Source: an uncultured virus (IMG/VR IMGVR_UViG_3300045940_000149)
Taxonomy: Duplodnaviria; Heunggongvirae; Uroviricota; Caudoviricetes
Length of the DNA: 64,000 bases
IMG/VR virus record: IMGVR_UViG_3300045940_000149
Direction: 5' to 3' (one strand)
Part shown: positions 32,616-42,161 of the stretch, one piece after another
How the letters are laid out: each line of letters starts with the position of its first letter
How positions within the stretch are numbered: the first letter of the stretch is position 1
Notes under the pieces: model-generated
What the model saw: only the letters and a program-made list of their open reading frames with translations
Database searches by the model: none
What the model was told of the DNA's origin: nothing
Program-made: the position numbers and the translations under genes

Positions 32616-32643
32616 CTTGAAAGTAGGCCATAAAGACCTATAT
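32616..32643 (+). promoter_or_regulatory. Repeated promoter/operator, copy 5
   Basis: CTTGAAAGTAGGCCATAAAGACCTATAT. Confidence 0.7.
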
Positions 32644-32760
32644 ATAGGGTGGAGGGAGAAGCGATGAAAAAGACGGCTGTGGCTGTGATGACGGCTGCGG
32701 GCTTCGACAATGCGTTCTGGTTCGTTGCCGCCGTCACGATGGCACTCTGGTTGTGGTGAA

Positions 32761-33276
32761 ATGGACCTCGTAAACAGAGCACTTCGGTTCGCGACGGAAG
32801 CCCACGCGGGACACGTCCGGAAGTACACCGAAGAGCCCTACGTGAACCACCTGATCCGGGTGGCCGGGCTGGTCGCCGAGCGGACCGACGACGCCGAGAT
32901 GGTCGCCGCCGCCTTCCTGCACGACACCCTCGAAGACACCAACGTCACCTACGCCGAGCTGGTTCACGGCTTCGGCAACCGGGTGGCCAATCTGGTGCTC
33001 TGGCTGACCAGGATCTCGAAGACCGGGGTTGACGGCAACCGGGCGCGGCGGAAGCGGCTCGACCTGATGAACCTCGCCGGTGCCGACGCCGCCGCCCACA
33101 CCATCAAGTACGCCGACCTGCTCGACAACGCCAAGGACATCGTCGAGCACGACCCCGGCTTCGCCGCGGTCTTCCTGCCCGAGAAGGCCGAGCTGCTGGC
33201 GGTCATGACGCGCGGCGACGCCGAGCTGCGGGCGCGGGCACTGGCGGTCTACGGAGAGGGAAAGGAAGCGGCATGA
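32761..33276 (+). CDS. Stand-alone RelA/SpoT-type HD hydrolase
   Basis: AHAGHVRK..EPYVNH..AAFLHDTLED..IKYADLLDN. Confidence 0.82.
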   Translation: MDLVNRALRFATEAHAGHVRKYTEEPYVNHLIRVAGLVAERTDDAEMVAAAFLHDTLEDTNVTYAELVHGFGNRVANLVLWLTRISKTGVDGNRARRKRLDLMNLAGADAAAHTIKYADLLDNAKDIVEHDPGFAAVFLPEKAELLAVMTRGDAELRARALAVYGEGKEAA

Positions 33277-33705
33277 CCGAGAAGAAGACATGGCGCGAGC
33301 TGGAAGCGGAAGGCGTCAAGCGCTGCTGCGCGATGTTCAACAACGGCAAGCAGTGCAGACGCCGGGCGGTCCGCGATGGATGGTGCGGCAAGCACGGCCC
33401 GGTGATGGAGAGGATCACCAAAGAGACCAACGACATGCTCGAACGGACGAAGGGAGGTAACGCTTGAAGCTGAAATGGATCAACCTCGCTCCGGGCGCTG
33501 TCGCGGACGAACGTGGATACTGGCGAAGCGTGGAAGGGCGCTTCGAGATCAGCCCGAACTACCGGAGCACGGTCTACCCTGACACCTACTCGGTGCGCGA
33601 CCGCCTGCGGGGCGTACAGGGCGGGCACGGCAGGCTCACATTCGATACCGTGCGCGAGTGCAAGACGTGGGCGACCAATCGGATACTGGACGAGCTGGAG
33701 ACCGC

Positions 33706-34214
33706 GTGACCGAGATCCCGGCTCGCATGCTCGCCCGCCCGCGCGATCGGCGCGGCTACCCGATCACCTTCGTCACCTTGGTGGACAAGGACGGGGTGCC
33801 GGACTTCCGCACGGTCGGATCAGGAACGGCTGGCCAAGTGCATCCGCAACCGGCTGTGCGGCATGTGCGGCGAGCGGCTGGGCAAAGCACATCCACTTCG
33901 TCGGCGGCCCGCTGTGCGTCGAGAACGGACTGTTCATCGACCCGCCGATGCATCGCGAATGCGCGGTATACGCGCTGCAGACCTGCCCGCATCTGGCGTC
34001 GTCCAAGGGGAGGTTCGCGCCGGTCGGCAACGGCCACGGCCTGCACGTGATCGAGATCGCCAGCGACGAGAAGGCCCCATGGTTCGCCCTGATGCACACC
34101 ACCGGCTACGGGCTGGTCCAGCACATCAGCGGCACCATGCTGATCAAGGCGGCCCGGCCGTGGATCTCGGTCGAGCGTTGGCGCGATGGGGAGCCGATGG
34201 AGGCCGGGGCGTGA
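33706..34214 (+). pseudogene. Cys-rich phage protein with two apparent +1 insertions
   Basis: PDFRTV, CGMCGERLG and HFVGGPLC..PPMHRECA lie in three different frames. Confidence 0.6.
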
Positions 34215-34599
34215 TCGAGCAGCATGAGTATGCCGAACTCCACGAAGCGGTCGAGGCTTCCTACGACTGGCTCGAACGGGTCGCCGCCGAGCACCATCGA
34301 CCGAACCGCTCAAAGTTCGAGCCCGGCGGCTGGGCGTGCGGGCTGTCGGTGCGCTCGCTGTGGCACGCCAACCGCCCCTACGCGCTGGCGATCATCCAGC
34401 GCTTCGACGAAAATGAGCCCTACGTTCTGACGCTGGTGACCTCATGACCGAAAAACCGAAACGCTGCGTGATCTGCCGCGAGACCTATGAGGGATATGGC
34501 CACAACGCCGATCCGGTGAAGCCCGGCAAGCGGTGCTGTGAACTCTGCAACAGTCTGGTCGTTGTCCCGAAAAGACTCTCTCACATCTTCGCCCACCGG

Positions 34600-34630
34600 A
34601 AAAACAAAAGCCCCGGGAACCGCCCGGGGC
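34600..34630 (-). terminator. Terminator between convergent modules
   Basis: GCCCCGGG-5-CCCGGGGC with T-tract on the minus strand. Confidence 0.7.
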
Positions 34631-34843
34631 AAGGTGGGGAGTAGGCTCCTTAGAACGGTCTAAAGACCGTCCATCTCGTCGAGCGCCGCCGCCGCCTTCG
34701 CGTGGCGGCGGATCGCTTTATCCAGTCCGCTCTTGAAGTGCTCCACCAGCTCGCCGTCGTCGGCCCCGGTGCTGGTGATCAGCACTTCCGCCAGCTTGGC
34801 GACGTAGTTCTTCAGGCCGAGATCGAGCCCTTCGCGCAGAGCG

Positions 34844-35617
34844 TCACGAGTCGCCATGGTACGGCTCCGCAGGCGGCGGCTCGTTGCGCTTGATGTTGTA
34901 CGGCTTCAAGGCGCTGACCATGTCCGGCCGCATCTGCGTGGTGAGCTGTTCGAGCACGACCTCGGTCGGCACCGGGACTGTCGGGTCGATCGGCACCCCG
35001 CCGCCGCCCGACCAGCTCGATCGCAGCTCGTCGTCGGTGCCGTTCCATGAGTTGACATCAACGCCGCCAGTGACGCCGGGACAGCCCTGCGGCGGTGGCC
35101 CGGCAGTCCCGTCGCCGTACTGCCACAAATACCATTGCGGCCACGTCGAGGTCGGCCAGCTCGGGGTGTTGGAGTAGTGGCAGAGCCACAGCCGCCACGT
35201 GGCGAGATAGTCGTCCCTGCCCGAGAGCTGTTCCTTGATGACGTGGCCGCTGTAGAGCGCGCCGGTGCGGCCGGTCAATCTTTCGATCTCTCTGCAGAAC
35301 TCCTTGAGATCCGACAGGCTGACGCCGTCGTCCTCATGGTCCGGGCAGTAGAGATACGACGGATCGCTGCCCGCCACGTCGAGGAAGAAGCGCGCCTGCT
35401 CGACCATGTTCCCGGGCCGCAGGAAGTGGTACGCGCCCCACAGGAATCCACGCTTGATGAACTCCTTGCGGCGCGGCTCGTAGTCGTCGTCGATGAAGTG
35501 ATCGCTCTCCGTCGCCTTGTGGATGATGCCGATGATCCCGGCGTCCTTGATGGCGTCGTAATCGCTGATCGAATTGTGGTGGCTGATATCGAGCACTCTT
35601 CGATTGATCGTTGCCAT
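34844..35617 (-). CDS. GH25 muramidase endolysin
   Basis: LDISHHN, HKATE, GAYHF, DHE, LWQY, VDVN. Confidence 0.85.
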   Translation of the reverse strand: MATINRRVLDISHHNSISDYDAIKDAGIIGIIHKATESDHFIDDDYEPRRKEFIKRGFLWGAYHFLRPGNMVEQARFFLDVAGSDPSYLYCPDHEDDGVSLSDLKEFCREIERLTGRTGALYSGHVIKEQLSGRDDYLATWRLWLCHYSNTPSWPTSTWPQWYLWQYGDGTAGPPPQGCPGVTGGVDVNSWNGTDDELRSSWSGGGGVPIDPTVPVPTEVVLEQLTTQMRPDMVSALKPYNIKRNEPPPAEPYHGDS

Positions 35618-35621
35618 CGGA

Positions 35622-36548
35622 CTACTCCATCGTGAACGTGTACTTGTTCAAAATCTCGGTCATCACCGGCTCGATCGCCGTCATGATCTCGCTGACGACC
35701 TCTTCGGCGGTGACCGTGTCCGGGTCGGGCGGCAGGATCACGCCCGCGGCCAACGCCTTCCACGTATCCGGACCGATGACCCCATCGACGGTGAGATCGC
35801 TTTCACGCTGGAACTCGCGGGTGGCGGTGTCGGTCGCCGGACCGAAGTCACTGTCCACGTCGAGCACCGGCGTTGCGCCGTTGGCATTGAGCAGCTTCTG
35901 CGCAATCCCGACCCACCGTCCGGTATCACCCTTTTCGAGCATCGGCGGCTTGACCGGCACCGGCGGCCGGTAGCCGGGCGGCCAGACCGCGCCGAGCAGA
36001 CCGGACGTGTACGTTGCGACGTTCACCATGTCGCTTTGGTTTCCGCCGCGGCACTTCCACGCGCCCGAGCTGGTGATCTCTTCCAGCAGCGTGACGTGGC
36101 CGCCGCCTTCTCTCGTGAAGATCATCACGCAGCCCGGCGTCGGCTCGATCGGGAAGCCCCAATCGATCCACGCCTGCGCCCAAAGGAATTTATCGGTGTC
36201 GGTCGGGCCGAACACCGGCCGGATATCGTTCTCCGACATGCAATAGGCGACGGTCAGACCGCACCACGGAGTCGAGTCGTGCTGGTACTGATCGCAGTAC
36301 GACTCCATCTCTGGAAAATTCTGTGCGATCGACTCGGCCATACCGACGATCTTCGGGTTGTCGGCTTCGCCGGGCACTTCGGTCCATCCGCTGATCGCCC
36401 TCATGGTCGATAGCCACGGTGGCGTGCTCGAAGCGGGCACCTTCAACTTCGGCAAGTGTCCTAATCTCGATACGGGCATGGCTTGCGCCTCCCTCGGTTT
36501 GGTTTTCGGTTTAGGCTTGCGCTTGGGCGGCTTGCGTTTCGACGCCAT
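35622..36548 (-). CDS. TIGR02594/NlpC-like cysteine peptidase with PG-binding domain (second lysin)
   Basis: TPWCG..GGHVT..GGNQSD; DSDFGPATDTATREFQ..VDGVIGPDTW. Confidence 0.8.
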   Translation of the reverse strand: MASKRKPPKRKPKPKTKPREAQAMPVSRLGHLPKLKVPASSTPPWLSTMRAISGWTEVPGEADNPKIVGMAESIAQNFPEMESYCDQYQHDSTPWCGLTVAYCMSENDIRPVFGPTDTDKFLWAQAWIDWGFPIEPTPGCVMIFTREGGGHVTLLEEITSSGAWKCRGGNQSDMVNVATYTSGLLGAVWPPGYRPPVPVKPPMLEKGDTGRWVGIAQKLLNANGATPVLDVDSDFGPATDTATREFQRESDLTVDGVIGPDTWKALAAGVILPPDPDTVTAEEVVSEIMTAIEPVMTEILNKYTFTME

Positions 36549-36551
36549 AGA

Positions 36552-36848
36552 TCACTCCGTTGGTACCGGCGGCAGCGGCGCGGACGCGATTTCAGGCGGC
36601 TTGGGGATCGGCAATGGGATCTCGGTGCTGCTGACGCTCTTCGGCAAGCAGCGTTCAATGAGCATATCCATCCGCTGACCGGCTCCTGCCCGCAGCTCAT
36701 GCAGGAACCAACCACCTGTCGCGATGAAGATGATGTTCAGGACTATCAGGCCGAGCAGAACCGGCTGCTGACCCAAGCCTTGCACAACCTCGCTTGCAGT
36801 CTGCCCTGCGGCTCCGACCAGAGTGTTTGGCGATCGATCCTCGCTCAT
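36552..36848 (-). CDS. Single-TM protein, holin/spanin candidate
   Basis: VLLGLIVLNIIFIATGGWFL directly upstream of the lysins. Confidence 0.4.
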   Translation of the reverse strand: MSEDRSPNTLVGAAGQTASEVVQGLGQQPVLLGLIVLNIIFIATGGWFLHELRAGAGQRMDMLIERCLPKSVSSTEIPLPIPKPPEIASAPLPPVPTE

Positions 36849-37252
36849 TGACTTTCTCCGTGCATGTCCGGGCAAATCGGCGGGTCCCATGCGGACATCA
36901 AGTAGCGAGACCCGACGTAGGCGCGGATCGCTTGGTCCAGCCCGCGCTGTGCGCGCCGCGGCTGATCGGCGTCGTCCTTCATCCAACTGTCGAACAGCTT
37001 GTCCATCCGGTTCTTGAGCGCTTGATCGAGCCCGTCGAGGGTCAGGCCGCGAACCTTGTCACGCATCGGGGCGCTGATGCAGGTCGGCATCTTGATCTTC
37101 GGGAAGGTGGTCAGCGGCGTCAGTGATTGCTGTTCAGCATCGACCTCATTGACGACGACCCACGTGAACATCATGGCCGTGGCCGAGACGATCGTGAGGA
37201 AGACGTTCCTGATCGCACGCGCTTGGCGCACGCTGGTCACCAAATGGTTCAA
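36845..37252 (-). CDS. Membrane-anchored hypothetical protein
   Basis: N-terminal hydrophobic segment, located in the lysis cluster. Confidence 0.4.
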   Translation of the reverse strand: MNHLVTSVRQARAIRNVFLTIVSATAMMFTWVVVNEVDAEQQSLTPLTTFPKIKMPTCISAPMRDKVRGLTLDGLDQALKNRMDKLFDSWMKDDADQPRRAQRGLDQAIRAYVGSRYLMSAWDPPICPDMHGESQ

Positions 37253-37426
37253 TGTGTCGATGCTTGTTTAGCGCGGCGGCCAGCGGCGAGGCCGCACGTT
37301 GACCGTGGTCGGCTTGGCGCGCGTCGGCACCGGCGGACGCGTCTTCTGTTGCCGCCGGACGTTGATCCGCCGCCAGACGCTGGCGATCACCCGGCGCGTT
37401 TCCTCACAGGCTCGGCAAGCCATGGC

Positions 37427-38893
37427 CTACCTCTTCTTCTTGGCCTTCTTCGTTTCCGGTGCGGTTGCTTCCGTCGCTTCCGGTGCAGTGCCGCTCTCCA
37501 GCCCCTGCACCCGCGCGTCCAGCTCCTTGACGGCATTCAAGAGCGCGAAGATCAGCGGCGTGGTGTCCATGACCCGCAGGTCGCCGATCAGTGCGCCGTC
37601 GATGTAGCCAGATATTTTCCTGACCAGCTCGGGAAGCGCCTGCTCGGTATCCTGCGCAATCAGACCGACGAATTCCCTGCCTGCCACGGCTGGTTGATAG
37701 TTGGGCGAATTTTTGTACGGCACTTCGCCCTGCGGGATTTCGAGCGTGTCGTTGCCCTTGTACGTGTAGACGACCGGCTGCAGCTCCCGCAGCTCGACCA
37801 TGCCGTGCTGGTATTCGCCGGTGACGGTCTTGACGCGCTCGTCGGAAGGAGCCGACCAGCTTCCGCCACCCGGCTTCACGCCGTCACCGGAGACCGCGAG
37901 GACGCCGCTGGCGTTGACGCTGAACAGGATTGCCCCGGCGTAATCGAAGTACTCCAGCCTGCCGGTGCCGATGACCCACTGCAGGCCCCAATCGTTGAAG
38001 CGCATCTGGTAGGAAAACGGCGCGGTGGTGCCAGCGACTTGCAGCCCGAAGCAGTTGGTCGTCAGTTGTGGCGACGATGCCGCGGCCTGATTGAGCGTGA
38101 TCGGTCCTGCGGATGCGTGGAGCTGCCCGCCGACAGTGACCGCCCCGGTGATCGTGACCGGGTAGTTGAAGGTGATCGCGCCGGTGCTGCGCACCACCTT
38201 CATGACATCGAGGCCGAGTGGTGCCCCGGCATCGGTGTAGCGATTGATGGTGAAGTCAGATCCAGTATTCCCGCCGCTCTCGACCGCGGCATCGCCGAAT
38301 TGAACGATCCAGCGATTGAGCCCGGTGGCATCGCGGCCCCGGATTCCTCGGCTCTGATTTTGCCCACCGCCGAACGGCGCTTGCAGCGAGATTCGCGGCG
38401 TTGCCTTGTCGATCGTCAGATCGCCGGTGATCGTCCCTCCGTTGAACCCGGATGGCCCGGTTGGGCCGATTGGTCCCTGCGGTCCCGTTGCGCCCTGCGG
38501 TCCGGTCGGCCCGGTTGCTCCGATATGCCCCGGCTCGCCGGTGACCCCGATCGCCCACTCGGCATATTCGCCAGCGCCAAACATGAGATCGACATCGATC
38601 GTCAGCCGCCGCTCGTTGCTGAGCCATTCGGTGACGACGCCTTCCATCCAGACATCGCTAACGCCGACCGCGCTGGCGCGCACCCGCTGGCCGACGACAA
38701 ACACCCGGCCGAGTTCATTGATGATGAATGCTTTGGCCCCGATCTCGACCATGACCGGCGTGGTGCTGGTACCTCCTACCATTGGCCCGGGCGTGCCGTA
38801 CGGCGCGGCAACGCCAATAGCTGACGGCACCAGCAGACCGTCACCGGCAACCGCCGGGTTGCGGGAAACAGTCGCGATACTGAGGATCGTCAT
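37427..38893 (-). CDS. Tail fibre with collagen repeat and Peptidase_S74 chaperone domain
   Basis: G-x-x run GATGPTGPQG; SDERVK..LQPVVYTY..GLIAQD..PELV. Confidence 0.82.
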   Translation of the reverse strand: MTILSIATVSRNPAVAGDGLLVPSAIGVAAPYGTPGPMVGGTSTTPVMVEIGAKAFIINELGRVFVVGQRVRASAVGVSDVWMEGVVTEWLSNERRLTIDVDLMFGAGEYAEWAIGVTGEPGHIGATGPTGPQGATGPQGPIGPTGPSGFNGGTITGDLTIDKATPRISLQAPFGGGQNQSRGIRGRDATGLNRWIVQFGDAAVESGGNTGSDFTINRYTDAGAPLGLDVMKVVRSTGAITFNYPVTITGAVTVGGQLHASAGPITLNQAAASSPQLTTNCFGLQVAGTTAPFSYQMRFNDWGLQWVIGTGRLEYFDYAGAILFSVNASGVLAVSGDGVKPGGGSWSAPSDERVKTVTGEYQHGMVELRELQPVVYTYKGNDTLEIPQGEVPYKNSPNYQPAVAGREFVGLIAQDTEQALPELVRKISGYIDGALIGDLRVMDTTPLIFALLNAVKELDARVQGLESGTAPEATEATAPETKKAKKKR

Positions 38894-39315
38894 GTTTCCG
38901 GTCCTTGCACGACAATGCGCTTGTTCACCGGCTTCTTGGTAACCCCTTCGAGAATGACCAGCTCGATCTGCGCGACCGCGCGGGTGAACTCGCCGTCCAT
39001 GCCGACGATATCGGCGACGTACTTCCCGGCCTTCTTGTCCTTCATGTCGGCTAAGGGAACCTGAATGATCAGGAAGCCGGTATCGGGCGCGTCGCCGATC
39101 ATCAGCGTGCCGTTGGCGGTCGAGGCGGCGAGGATCACTTCCACGTCGTCCGGCGTGCGACGAACCTCCATCTCGAAATCGATCCCGGTAAGATCGAGCT
39201 GTGGTTGTGGATCTTCATCGACATCGATCACGAACTTGATGCTGTCGATCCAGTCCTCGTTGTTGCCGGTCTCGATCACCAGCGAGCACAACGGCATGGC
39301 GAGCAGGTTGGACAT
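38890..39315 (-). CDS. BppU-like fibre adaptor
   Basis: LDLTGIDFEMEVR..GKYVADI; position among fibre genes. Confidence 0.45.
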   Translation of the reverse strand: MSNLLAMPLCSLVIETGNNEDWIDSIKFVIDVDEDPQPQLDLTGIDFEMEVRRTPDDVEVILAASTANGTLMIGDAPDTGFLIIQVPLADMKDKKAGKYVADIVGMDGEFTRAVAQIELVILEGVTKKPVNKRIVVQGPET

Positions 39316-39618
39316 TCGTTAGTCCTCGGACGACGCCTCGGCCTCTGGCACCGGTGCCGCTTTCTTCTTGAATTGTTGCTGCACCGGCGGCTCCAGCTCG
39401 AAATCCCGCCAGTTTTCGACCAAGAACATTCGCCCTTCTGTGCCGGACCCCATCTCCAGCGGTTTGACGAACACCGCCTGATCCGCAACGTAAAGCACGG
39501 TCATTCCTATACCGTGAGCGTCGTCCGGAACGACGGCTCCCAGCGGATAGGTTGCGCCTACTCGCGGATTGATATCGGTGATCGTCGCAGCGTAGACGTA
39601 CACTTTCATGCCACTCTC

Positions 39619-41328
39619 CTAGTAAATTCGGATCAGCGACCCGAAATTGCCGACCACGCCGGTCGCTGGAGTCGTTGTGGTCCACGTGTTGCCGACCGAG
39701 CTGTTGATGGTGATGGAAGAAATGTCGGTCGCGTTGATATCGAAATAAGAACCACTGTTGTTGATGACGCCATTTTGGTTCTTCAGCAGTGCGGTGCTAC
39801 CTGCCCACGCCGACAGTCCATTCCAGAGATTCCTCATGCTCTCGTTGTTCTGGTAGAGATAGAGCATCGAGCCGACACCGGACTGCATCCCGTCCTGCGC
39901 ATTGCCGTACGCCCCACAATCGTAGAGCGACATTGTGCTGCCGCCGTAGCAGTAGAAGCCGCTGCCCCAACTGTTGGCCGAAAAGCATTTGCTGCAGTCG
40001 AGAGTGCCCTGCGCAACCGCGAACGCATTGTAGCCACCGCCCCACACGCTGACGCCGTCGCAGATCATGCCGCAGCCATGCTCCGGACCGATCGCACCGA
40101 GCGTGCCAGATATGCCGCCATAGGAATTCGCGCCGGTGATCAGAATATTCTTGATGGTGATCTTGCCGGGGCCGGTGTGATTGATTGCCACCAGTCCGGA
40201 CCCGCCGGTCAGGATTGACGCCGCGTTGGTGAACTGGATCTCGGTGCCGTAGCGACCGCGCAGCATCGCGAGATTGTTGCTGGTGTCGCTCGGATTGCCG
40301 GTCTTGTAGAAGTCATTCTTGGTCGGCACCGCCCCGTTCATCGTGCCTTCGACTACGATGCGATCGGCATTGGTGTGATATGTCGTGAACGGCGTGAAGA
40401 TTTTCGGGTTTGGGGCTGCCGCGCCAGCGAGCTTGATCGTCACCGTGATGTTCGGCGGAATGCGCTTGCGGCCGAGATTTCTGAAGGCGTTGTCGAGGTC
40501 GGTATTGTTGGCGACGTTGATCGTGCAATTCGCGGTGATCGTGATGTTGGGAGAGATCCAGAATTGCGTGCCGTCGTAGATGAACAAGCAGGTATCGCCT
40601 GCTACCACATCGGATGGCAGCAGCGCCCCGCCACCCTGCGCGAACACCGGCCTCGCACCCAAGCCGTTGATATTGAGCGTGGTCGGCCCGGTGTTGGTGT
40701 TGTTGATCTTGATCAGGATCGCCAGACCGGCGGCCAGCGAGATTGCTGGCGCACCGGCGGGTGGTGAATAGCTGACCGTCACGGTGTTCGCCGCACCGGA
40801 ATCGACCGCGTACGGAATGTAGACGAAGTAGTTATTGGTGGTGCCAGCGCCGCCGGTGCCGCCGAAATTGATCAGGATGAAGCTGGTGCCGTCGTAGACC
40901 AGCTCGGCCAGACCGCCAGCGGTGAGATCGCCAGCCGAGAGCTGCGATCCATTCGGACGCTTGACCTGCGCGCTCCCGGCACCGGCATTGATGGTGACCG
41001 CGCCAGTGTTGGTGACCTTGATCTTGACGCGCAGCGGCAGGCCGACCGTGTAGCTGGTGATCGGTGGAGCGAACGAGCATGAGATGGTGTTGGCCGACCC
41101 GGTATCCTCCGCATAATTCATCCGCTGCGAGCGGATCGATTTCGCCACCTGTTCGAGATCGGTATCGCTGGGCGTGACGAAACTTCTGGTGATGATCGCC
41201 ACCAGCTCGCGCATCGGGTGCTCGAACGCGGCAGCAGGCGGAATGCTGCCCTGCCGTCCGATCGACGGGTCGCCATTGATGTAGGGCGCGTTCGGATCGG
41301 AGATGCCGTAGGGCTGCACGTATTTCAT
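39619..41328 (-). CDS. Tail fibre/spike with probable beta-helix
   Basis: Follows the YmfQ-like gene; GSIPPAAAFE N-terminus; G/N/S-rich C-terminus. Confidence 0.7.
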   Translation of the reverse strand: MKYVQPYGISDPNAPYINGDPSIGRQGSIPPAAAFEHPMRELVAIITRSFVTPSDTDLEQVAKSIRSQRMNYAEDTGSANTISCSFAPPITSYTVGLPLRVKIKVTNTGAVTINAGAGSAQVKRPNGSQLSAGDLTAGGLAELVYDGTSFILINFGGTGGAGTTNNYFVYIPYAVDSGAANTVTVSYSPPAGAPAISLAAGLAILIKINNTNTGPTTLNINGLGARPVFAQGGGALLPSDVVAGDTCLFIYDGTQFWISPNITITANCTINVANNTDLDNAFRNLGRKRIPPNITVTIKLAGAAAPNPKIFTPFTTYHTNADRIVVEGTMNGAVPTKNDFYKTGNPSDTSNNLAMLRGRYGTEIQFTNAASILTGGSGLVAINHTGPGKITIKNILITGANSYGGISGTLGAIGPEHGCGMICDGVSVWGGGYNAFAVAQGTLDCSKCFSANSWGSGFYCYGGSTMSLYDCGAYGNAQDGMQSGVGSMLYLYQNNESMRNLWNGLSAWAGSTALLKNQNGVINNSGSYFDINATDISSITINSSVGNTWTTTTPATGVVGNFGSLIRIY

Positions 41329-41386
41329 GGCTTCAGTCCCGTCGTTGATAGGTTTAGATTTACAGCCAGCCGTTCGCCGGAACGGT

Positions 41387-41423
41387 CAGGACCGATGAAA
41401 CCCAATGATCAGATGCCGGGCTC
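41387..41423 (+). repeat. Orphan partial TIGR-like unit
   Basis: N9-TGAAACCCA-ATGATCAGA-TGCCGGGCTC; 5' stem arm missing. Confidence 0.75.
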
Positions 41424-41426
41424 CCG

Positions 41427-42161
41427 CTACGGCGTACCCTGCATGGGTCCACCGAACGCCATCTGCGAGAAGTCCATGATGAGGTCGGTGTGTGCGGGCT
41501 TCCACCGATTGAGCAGGCACTCCAACTCTTCGGGAACGGCGAACTCAAGGTGATGATCGACGCCCGCCTGTCCCGAGCCCGCGCGGAACCATCGCAGGCC
41601 AACCGTGCCGGGGCGGATGTACCAGTAGAAACGCTGCTCGGGCGGGCCGATGTACCAGCGGAAATTCTGGTTCTTGGTCGGATCTTGCGTCGGCCGCGTG
41701 TCGCCTACCTGCGAGATCCCGGCCATGAACGGCGCGTACTCGCCGAAGTCCGCGATCTCGATATCCTCGTAGCCGACCCACTCCATCACCTTCTTGTAGT
41801 ATTCGCGCGACTGGCCGCCGAGCCACGTCATCACCATGACGAGCATCTTGCGACGCGATTCGATATCGGTGGTGGACGGGAAGCATGGATCGGGCAGGCC
41901 CCATGCGCGCTCCCACTCGGGAAGCAGCTCGGTGGTCAGACGCGGATCGCTCTCGCGTTCCAGAAGGTCGGCGGCGCGGCCATCGACATATTCCCAAAAC
42001 CACGCGAGGCCGCGGCAGACGCCGTAGATGGTCGAGCCGGGCGAGCGGGACCATATCTTGCCGCGCGGCAGAAGATCGACGAATGCGTCGGTGTAGTCCT
42101 CGCCGTAGCGACGGATGTGCCGATCGCGCTCAATGACGACTGGCGTCTGGTTATGTGCCAT
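41427..42161 (-). CDS. Baseplate protein YmfQ/DUF2313 (Mu gp48-like)
   Basis: LLPRG.IW, ESDP..ELLPEWERAWGLPD, WKPAHT. Confidence 0.85.
   Translation of the reverse strand: MAHNQTPVVIERDRHIRRYGEDYTDAFVDLLPRGKIWSRSPGSTIYGVCRGLAWFWEYVDGRAADLLERESDPRLTTELLPEWERAWGLPDPCFPSTTDIESRRKMLVMVMTWLGGQSREYYKKVMEWVGYEDIEIADFGEYAPFMAGISQVGDTRPTQDPTKNQNFRWYIGPPEQRFYWYIRPGTVGLRWFRAGSGQAGVDHHLEFAVPEELECLLNRWKPAHTDLIMDFSQMAFGGPMQGTP

Larger units (their letters stand above)
22463..34644 (+). other. Second cluster of short accessory ORFs
   Basis: Dense co-oriented short ORFs with four copies of the repeated promoter. Confidence 0.7.
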
